This document shows, one piece after another, positions 9,067 to 15,473 of a stretch of DNA of 58,198 nt. The notes beneath the pieces are model-generated. The model did not search any database and was not told the origin of the DNA. It saw nothing but the letters and a program-made list of their open reading frames with translations. Made by a program: the position numbers and the translations under genes. Source of the stretch: a virus (Duplodnaviria > Caudoviricetes); IMG/VR virus record IMGVR_UViG_3300010373_000052, positions 1 through 58,198 of that record; one strand, 5' to 3'. How positions within the stretch are numbered: position 1 is the stretch's first letter; every line of letters begins with the position of its first letter.

Positions 9067-9539
9067 CCCGCCACCTCGACAATCTCCAACTCGTCGTTCA
9101 CTTGGAAGGTGCCGAACGTTCCACCCTTCTCCGGGCGCCACTCGCCGACGCCATCGCCCGTGCCTCCGGCATCGACCAACGCCAACACTGAGGACTTGTC
9201 GTAGAAACGGGCACCGCCCACTACGGCCGACTTGAACGCCGCCGCAGGGAATCCCACACTGCCGTCGGCCATGCGGTAGATGGACTCTTGAAAGTCGCCT
9301 TCTGGATCGCGGATCGTCTTCTGCTTCTTCCGACCCTGCTGGGCGTCCAGCATGATCTGTTTCGCCTTGGCGCTCCAAGCGTGAACGATTAACGGCGCCG
9401 TGCCAATCACTGGGACCAGCACGGTCCGTCGCTCGATGCGTTGGATCGAGATCGCAGCCGATCCAGTTTCAGCCGGTGTCGCGACCTTGGTCCCCTTCGG
9501 AACCTTCCCGTTCGTCTTGACCTCAGTTGCCGTAGTCAC
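9063..9539 (-). CDS. Cas7/RAMP-like RNA-binding protein (158 aa, possibly internally deleted)
   Basis: GAGGGAGGAG RBS, GTG 9539; VPVIGTAPLIVH (RAMP beta1), GFPAAAFKSA (RAMP IP-x-S-x-KG-like), Gly-rich loop GDGVGEWRPEKGGTFGTFQV. Confidence 0.75.
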   Translation of the reverse strand: MTTATEVKTNGKVPKGTKVATPAETGSAAISIQRIERRTVLVPVIGTAPLIVHAWSAKAKQIMLDAQQGRKKQKTIRDPEGDFQESIYRMADGSVGFPAAAFKSAVVGGARFYDKSSVLALVDAGGTGDGVGEWRPEKGGTFGTFQVNDELEIVEVAG

Positions 9540-9572
9540 CTCGAAAACTCCTCCCTCTTGGTTGTTGGCTGT

Positions 9573-9839
9573 AGGCCATGCCCGGCCCTGCCCAGCGGAG
9601 CCCTGACAGGCCCAGCCACGCATAGGCCATGCCAGCCGCGCCCTGCCATGCCCTGCCCAGCGAGGCCTAGCCGTGCCATGCCTGCCGTGCCGTGCCACGC
9701 CATGCCCAGAGCCGCCGGGCCATGCCACGCCGGCCTAGCCACGCCTGGCCGAGCCCCGCCTTGCCGAGCCGAGCCGGGCCAAGCCTGGCAAGCCATGCCG
9801 CGCCGAGTCGCGCCCTGCCGGGCCCTGCCACGCCCCGAC
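9573..9839 (-). ncRNA. GGC-NN pentamer array (about 50 pentamers in five units): candidate guide-RNA array
   Basis: Minus strand reads GGCGT GGCAG GGCCC GGCAG GGCGC ...; constant GGC, variable NN, register broken by 4-nt units every 9-11 pentamers; fills the intergenic gap upstream of the RAMP-like gene. Confidence 0.85.
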
Positions 9840-9851
9840 TGGTAGAAAACT

Positions 9852-10194
9852 TCACGACTCAACCGCCTCGAACCGGTCGCACAGACAATCCAGGCACGCC
9901 TCCCAGGCCCACGTCTCCACGTGCGCCTCGCTCGAATGTCCGCAGACACATGAGCCACCAGCCGACGGGGACTGCACGTCCAGCCGACGCACCGTGGGTT
10001 CACTCACCACGACTGGCGTCCTTCCATGAGCAGCGCGCTCAGTGCCGCGCGGCGCAGGTTGTCCTTCGTCGTCTCGTCCACGTCGGGGAAGGCTGCGAGG
10101 TGGCGGTCGTAGTGCTGCTCGTGCCACGGCAACGAGTACGGCAGCGGGTAGCCCTCGGTGGGCAGGCACGGCATCCCGCAGGGGCACGTGTAGC

Positions 10195-10198
<4 letters not shown>
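9852..10198 (-). CDS. Two small Cys/His-rich hypothetical proteins (about 9852-10007 and 10004-10198)
   Basis: GTGA-coupled short ORFs with CVCGH..H..CLDCLC and CPCG..H motifs. Confidence 0.5.
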
Positions 10199-10847
<649 letters not shown>

Positions 10848-10851
<4 letters not shown>

Positions 10852-11027
10852 AGCCAGCCCCTGACACTCCAGCGCCGAATGGTCTCGGCTGAGATGTCCT
10901 CGCCGTAGGTGGCCGTGAGGTGACGGGCCACGTCGTGCCATGACCGGCCGTGGTCCCGCCACCAGCCGACATCGTTGGCCAGGTCCCCACGGGTGAGCGA
11001 GTGCCACAGGGCGAAGGTGGTTTTCAT
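10848..11027 (-). CDS. 59-aa putative HTH protein
   Basis: Own translation: ...GRSWHDVARHLTATYGEDISAETIRRW; coupled at both ends. Confidence 0.6.
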
Positions 11028-11212
11028 GAGGGCTCTCCGTGGATGTGCTTTTCGAGTCGGATGACAGACACGCGCCAGCGGCGACCGAGTCGGAAGGCGC
11101 CCGGCAGTTCGCCACGCGCCGCGAGCTCGTACGCCGTCTTGCTCGCGATTCCCAGCCGACGTGCGGCCTGGGGAATGGTTATGAGGTCGGGGGGGAGCTG
11201 GGCGAGGGTCAC
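11024..11212 (-). CDS. xis: Excisionase-like HTH_17 protein
   Basis: LITIPQAARRLGIASKTAYELAARGELPGAFRLGRRWRV; directly after cro. Confidence 0.8.
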   Translation of the reverse strand: MTLAQLPPDLITIPQAARRLGIASKTAYELAARGELPGAFRLGRRWRVSVIRLEKHIHGEPS

Positions 11213-11466
11213 GACGACGCTGCTTGCTCGTCCGGCATGTCCGGGGTGATGTCGGGAAACCCCGCTAGGTCGGCCACCGTCATCTGGAATGCCCCCGCGA
11301 GGAGAACGAGGTGTTCGTAACTGGGGGTCTGAAGGCCCTTCTCCCACCGCGAAACGGTGGACTGAGGCTTGCCGATTTGTGCGGCTAAACGTTCCTGCGT
11401 GCCGTATATCTGGCGCCGCCTCTTCTGGATCCGTTTGGCCAGGGCAGTCTTGATGTCTTCGACCAC
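11209..11466 (-). CDS. cro: Cro-like XRE HTH regulator
   Basis: TQERLAAQIGKPQSTVSRWEKGLQTPS; divergent from cI. Confidence 0.85.
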   Translation of the reverse strand: MVEDIKTALAKRIQKRRRQIYGTQERLAAQIGKPQSTVSRWEKGLQTPSYEHLVLLAGAFQMTVADLAGFPDITPDMPDEQAASS

Positions 11467-11591
11467 GACATAAGCATATGCGTATGCGTCATAGATTGCA
11501 AGCCCCATCCACCAGGGGCTTTGGTGAAATCACCAAGGGGTAGTTACGTCTATACGGCAAACGCATATGCGCATCGCGTAGGATCCGGGGT
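11467..11591. promoter_or_regulatory. Lysis-lysogeny switch: divergent promoters and operators
   Basis: Leftward TTGCAA(11501-11496)-17 bp-TATGCT ending 6 nt before the cro GTG; rightward TAGGAT (11579-84) 7 nt before the cI GTG; GCATATGC palindromes at 11474 and 11563; TTGGTGA-AA-TCACCAA at 11521-11536. Confidence 0.8.
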
Positions 11592-11954
11592 GTGGGATTT
11601 GGAGCAGCAATCAGGGGAAGTAGGAAGGCCGCCGGATTAACTCAGACCGAGCTGAAGGATCGCCTTCGAGAGCGGGACCCCAAGACGACCATCGACCAGT
11701 CGGTGATTTCGCGTTGGGAGAACGAATCCCCAGGGCGGGCACCCGATCTAGACGACCTTGCGGCACTCGAGGACGCTCTGGATCTGCCGAGAGGCGGCCT
11801 GCTGGTGCGCTCTGGGTTTGTGGCTGAGGTTGTATCCGTCGAGCTCGCAGTCATGACCGACCAGCGGCTAGACGATCAGGGGCGCCAACTTCTCATTAAC
11901 GCCTATCGGGGCCTTGTTCAGCCGAAGCCGGGTCGCCGACGGGGAGCCCGATGA
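11592..11954 (+). CDS. cI: CI-like XRE immunity repressor
   Basis: GLTQTEL...IDQSVISRWENE..PDLDDLAALEDALDL; position between cro and integrase. Confidence 0.85.
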   Translation: MGFGAAIRGSRKAAGLTQTELKDRLRERDPKTTIDQSVISRWENESPGRAPDLDDLAALEDALDLPRGGLLVRSGFVAEVVSVELAVMTDQRLDDQGRQLLINAYRGLVQPKPGRRRGAR

Positions 11955-12213
11955 CGAGTTGCGAGCCGAGGCATGCGAGCAGGCGCTTCACCCATGTCAG
12001 TTCCCACCGGAGCTGGTCTATCTCTGCCCCAAGGTCCCGATCCGCCCAACACCCGTCGACCATGTCGGCCCTCCTGCCCACGAACACCCGTTCGCCAGAA
12101 GATATTCTAAGGCTGGGGTGTTGATCCGCCACCGCAGGCATACGCTCCGTCGCCGTTAACGTCAAGGTCGGCAATCCGAATAAAACCGCCCCGCCACTTG
12201 GAGGTCAGCCACC

Positions 12214-12900
12214 ATGAAGAAGGAAATGCTGCGACGGGCGATTGTGCCCGCGACCCTGGGCATCGCGGGGCTCGTGGCCGCTGGCTGTGGAGGTGGCGCG
12301 CCAGCCGCGGCGCCGCCCACGACGGCCGTGAGTGCCACGACGGCCGTGAGTGCCACGACGCCAGCCCCGGTGGCAACCAGTAGCCCCCCCACCACGTCCG
12401 CCCCTCCCACCACCGCCCCAGCCGGTCCTAAGACCAAGTTCGGCGACGGCACCTGGGTCGTCAACAAAGATATCGCTCCCGGCACCTATCGAACGGCCGG
12501 AGGACCGAACTGCTATTGGGAACGCGACAGCGACCTGACCGGGTCGAGCAACGCCCTGATCGCCAACGACAACGTCGTGGGACAAGCCGAAGTCACCATT
12601 CTCCCGGCCGATGCCGGCTTCAAGAGCCAGGATTGCGGCACGTGGTCACCGCTACCGTCATCGGGTCCCCAGGTGACGACGTTCGGCGACGGGGTCTATG
12701 CCGTGGGCATCGACATCGCTCGCGGCACGTACAGCGCTCCGGGGGGTGCTAACTGCTACTGGGAGCAGGACTCGGACTTCCTCTTCGACGGCAACGGCAT
12801 CATCTCCAACGACAACCCATCGGGTCCCGTGACGGTGCAGATCGCGAGCGGCACCGTGGCGTTCAAGGCGCAGGGCTGCGGGAAGTGGACGGCGAGCTGA
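12214..12900 (+). CDS. Lipoprotein with two repeated beta domains (candidate superinfection exclusion)
   Basis: Lipobox VAAG-C, Pro/Thr linker, two FGDG.(W/Y).V..DIA.GTY...GG.NCYWE repeats. Confidence 0.8.
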   Translation: MKKEMLRRAIVPATLGIAGLVAAGCGGGAPAAAPPTTAVSATTAVSATTPAPVATSSPPTTSAPPTTAPAGPKTKFGDGTWVVNKDIAPGTYRTAGGPNCYWERDSDLTGSSNALIANDNVVGQAEVTILPADAGFKSQDCGTWSPLPSSGPQVTTFGDGVYAVGIDIARGTYSAPGGANCYWEQDSDFLFDGNGIISNDNPSGPVTVQIASGTVAFKAQGCGKWTAS

Positions 12901-12918
12901 GGCGGTCGCACTAGATTC

Positions 12919-13135
12919 TGTCCTACCATCGGGCCTAGTAACAGACGGGTTTCCCTTCGTCTGCGCGCCCCTACGTTCTACGTTAGTGCAGCGTGCGACG
13001 CTTAAAGGTACTTGGCTGCCTCTCACTCCACGCCGGGGCAATATTTATGAGTCCCCTGCTCTGACCACTGAGCTACGGCCCCTGACTGGGATATCTGTCA
13101 TGGGTTGCTCGGCAGGGCCTAGCAATGTCCTACCA
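12919..13135. other. attP: attP with arm-type sites and a core in a tRNA(CAT) fragment
   Basis: Direct repeats TGTCCTACCA (12919, 13126) and GGGCCTAG (12931, ~13115) flank the tRNA fragment; immediately upstream of int. Confidence 0.75.
13045..13082 (-). pseudogene. 5' half of a tRNA with CAT anticodon (Ile2/Met-like)
   Basis: GGGGCCG TA GCTC AGTGGTCA GAGC A GGGGA CTCATAA, after which tRNA structure stops; no T-arm downstream. Confidence 0.85.
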
Positions 13136-13154
13136 AGTAGGTTACCATTGTGCC

Positions 13155-14279
13155 ATGACCGGGACCAAGAGGGAGCGAAGTCCGGGCCACTGGCAGCTCC
13201 GGGTCTACGTGGGAAAGGACAGCCGGGGGCGGCCGATCCAGGTGTCCCGCTCCTTCTCTGGTGGCGTGCGGGCGGCGGGCAAGGCATTGGCGAACCTGGT
13301 GGCCGAGGTGGACGCCCAGAAGCTCCACCCCTCGACGGTGACCGTGGGACAGCTCCTCGACCGATGGCTGGAGCACTCGGAGCCACGACGCTCGGTCACC
13401 ACGATGATCGGCTACCGGCGCAAGATCGAACACGCTCTCCGGCCAGCGTTCGGCTCGATACGTCTCGGACGGCTCCGAGCCGACGTTATCGACGCCCGCT
13501 ACCGGGAGTGGCTGGATAGCGGGCTCTCCCCCACCACCGTGCGTCAGTACCACGCCATCCTGTCTGCCGCCCTGAACCAGGCCGTCAAGTGGGGCTGGAT
13601 AGCTGAGAACGTCGCCGTGCGGACGAGCCCGCCCAGCGCTCGCCGGGTCCAGTTGGCCGTACCGACTCCGAAGGAGATCCAAGCCATCATCGCCAGGGCT
13701 GAGAGGCGAGACGAAACCCTCGCCACCGCGGTCGCCCTGGCCGCCCTGACTGGAGCGCGACGTGGAGAAATCTGCGCCCTTCGGTGGACCGACGTAACCC
13801 TTGGCGTCCTCACTATCTCCCGGTCAATATCGGTCGTCGGAAAGAAGGTCCACGAAGGCGGCACCAAGACCCACCAGGCGCGGGTCATCGCCTTGGATGA
13901 GACGGGCCAGGAAGTTCTCAGCCGACGCCGGCTTGAAGCACTCGACTTGGCGGGACACGTGGGCACCGACCTCGCCGCCGACGCGTTCGTCCTATCGCCA
14001 CGTGGCGATGGTCGCGCTCCGATGCTCCCTGACACCCTCAGTCACCGGTTCGCGGCATTGATGAAAGACATGGGACTGCCGTACCATTTCCATGACCTCC
14101 GCCACTTCGCCGCCACGCAGATGGTCGCCGCGGGGACGGACCTGCGTACCGTGGCTGGACGGCTGGGCCACGCCGACCCGTCGATGACGCTCCGGGTCTA
14201 CGCCCACGCCCTGCCCGAACGGGACCGCGAGGCCGCCGAGTTGTTGGGGCGGGTGCTGATGCCTCCACCCCAGGGTTGA
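13155..14279 (+). CDS. int: Tyrosine integrase
   Basis: TGARRGEICAL, TKT, HFHDLRH, RLGHA, LRVYAH catalytic set; N-terminal arm-binding domain. Confidence 0.95.
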   Translation: MTGTKRERSPGHWQLRVYVGKDSRGRPIQVSRSFSGGVRAAGKALANLVAEVDAQKLHPSTVTVGQLLDRWLEHSEPRRSVTTMIGYRRKIEHALRPAFGSIRLGRLRADVIDARYREWLDSGLSPTTVRQYHAILSAALNQAVKWGWIAENVAVRTSPPSARRVQLAVPTPKEIQAIIARAERRDETLATAVALAALTGARRGEICALRWTDVTLGVLTISRSISVVGKKVHEGGTKTHQARVIALDETGQEVLSRRRLEALDLAGHVGTDLAADAFVLSPRGDGRAPMLPDTLSHRFAALMKDMGLPYHFHDLRHFAATQMVAAGTDLRTVAGRLGHADPSMTLRVYAHALPERDREAAELLGRVLMPPPQG

Positions 14280-14304
14280 CAGTTTACACCCCAGGGTGTA
14301 CAGT
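14276..14304 (+). promoter_or_regulatory. Near-consensus sigma70-type promoter with operator in spacer
   Basis: TTGACA-17 bp-TACAGT; perfect inverted repeat TACACCC-CA-GGGTGTA at 14285-14300. Confidence 0.8.
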
Positions 14305-14347
14305 TGTTAGTAGAGGTTGATGGGCAACCTCAGAGGAGGACGAGACG

Positions 14348-14482
14348 ATGCAAAGCATGAGCGACGAGCTGAGTGTCCGGCTGAACCTCTACCGCCACGG
14401 CATGGAGGTTTTGCGTGAGTACCCAGCTCACGTTCGCTACCGCGCAGGCATGGCCTTCTGGCGCTACTTGTCGGCCCGCTGA
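14348..14482 (+). CDS. 44-aa hypothetical protein
   Basis: GGAGG RBS; MQSMSDELSVRLNLYRHGMEVL... Confidence 0.55.
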   Translation: MQSMSDELSVRLNLYRHGMEVLREYPAHVRYRAGMAFWRYLSAR

Positions 14483-14519
14483 CCCATAACCAGCGCCTAG
14501 GGCAGCAGAAGGAGGAGAG

Positions 14520-14693
14520 ATGGAGGTTTTCCACATCAACGGCGATCTACACAACAACGAGCTAGCGAATCTCCTGCTCGTGGACGATCCCGAGGATTTC
14601 GACGGTAGCTGTGAGGCTGCCCAGTGCCGCAGGATGGCCGACTCGGTCTACCTCGGTCGAGCGTTCTGCATCGACCATCTCCCGATCCTCTAG
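14520..14693 (+). CDS. 57-aa protein with HNH-like fragment and Zn ligands
   Basis: AGGAGG RBS; MEVFHINGDLHNNELANL...CEAAQC...FCIDH. Confidence 0.6.
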   Translation: MEVFHINGDLHNNELANLLLVDDPEDFDGSCEAAQCRRMADSVYLGRAFCIDHLPIL

Positions 14694-14710
14694 CGCCGGT
14701 AGGTTGAGCC

Positions 14711-14944
14711 TTGCCACGTGACAACACAGACCTGCGAATCGCCCGGCTCGTCCGCGACTACCGCCGATACAACCAGCAGATAGAGGAGATGCGGAGCAGG
14801 ATGCGCCAGTACGCCCAGGAGAAGGCCGAGTGCGTGGCCACGCTCCGAGAGATGATGCCCGCCGCTGAGGTGGCGGCACGTCTCGACGTGACCCCGTCAG
14901 CCGTATATCAGATGCTTCAGGAGGCCAGTGATGCCACGTCGTAA
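14711..14944 (+). CDS. Small HTH regulator
   Basis: AAEVAARLDVTPSAVYQML; TAGGTT -10 just upstream. Confidence 0.7.
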   Translation: MPRDNTDLRIARLVRDYRRYNQQIEEMRSRMRQYAQEKAECVATLREMMPAAEVAARLDVTPSAVYQMLQEASDATS

Positions 14945-15104
14945 ATCCCTACGGAGCCAGCTCTACCGCGCCGCCCGAGACCTGGGCAACGTCCAGGCAG
15001 CCGAGAAGGGACCCACGAGCTACGGCAAGCGGGTCGTGCGGCGCAAGGCGTACCGCTCGACGAACCGAGTGCTAGGCAAGGTGTTGCGGGGGTTCGGGCT
15101 TTAG
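14931..15104 (+). CDS. 57-aa basic protein
   Basis: MPRRKSLRSQLYRAARDLGNVQAAEKGPTSYGKRVVRRKAY...; followed by a hairpin. Confidence 0.6.
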   Translation: MPRRKSLRSQLYRAARDLGNVQAAEKGPTSYGKRVVRRKAYRSTNRVLGKVLRGFGL

Positions 15105-15107
15105 ACG

Positions 15108-15148
15108 CGACAATGCCCCCCAGTCGTCGTGACTGAGGGGCAATCGCG
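15108..15148. terminator. Hairpin between convergent operons
   Basis: TGCCCCCCAGTC-gtcgt-GACTGAGGGGCA imperfect stem. Confidence 0.6.
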
Positions 15149-15164
15149 AAGTCCGGGTAAATGC

Positions 15165-15473
15165 TTAGAACGGGCAACTGATCTGCAAGGGCATCGACCA
15201 GGTGGTATCGGTTCCGGCCGTGAAGGTCACGACCAAGCGGTAGACGTGGTCCGCGGTGAGCTGGCTGCCCACGACCACCTGCGTGACGATGTTGCCCGAT
15301 ACGGTCGGGGCGTTCGCCAGCGTAATCGTCGTGCTCGTCGTCAGGTCGGTCAGCACCGTGGTCGGTGAGGACACGGTCTGGCCCGAGAGGAGCAGCGCCG
15401 TGGCGTCGAAGCCCAGCGGTAGCTCTTCCGATGACTGCATGACGAACGACGGAGGCGATACCAGGATGGTCAT
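15165..15473 (-). CDS. Small tail/fibre adaptor-like protein
   Basis: Beta-rich; last gene of late operon, coupled to the fibre gene. Confidence 0.55.
   Translation of the reverse strand: MTILVSPPSFVMQSSEELPLGFDATALLLSGQTVSSPTTVLTDLTTSTTITLANAPTVSGNIVTQVVVGSQLTADHVYRLVVTFTAGTDTTWSMPLQISCPF

Noticed and set aside
9573-9839. Array as a CRISPR array or a simple microsatellite
   Set aside because: No 23-47 nt repeats with spacers; variation is concentrated at two fixed positions per pentamer, unlike slippage decay
9540-9855. ORFs translated through the pentamer array, including the N-terminal extension of 9063..9728
   Set aside because: A 5-nt period gives ARHG/AWQG-type pseudo-repeats in all frames; a strong RBS precedes GTG 9539, so the array is treated as non-coding
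13045-13082. Complete phage tRNA gene
   Set aside because: 3' anticodon stem, T-arm and acceptor strand are absent
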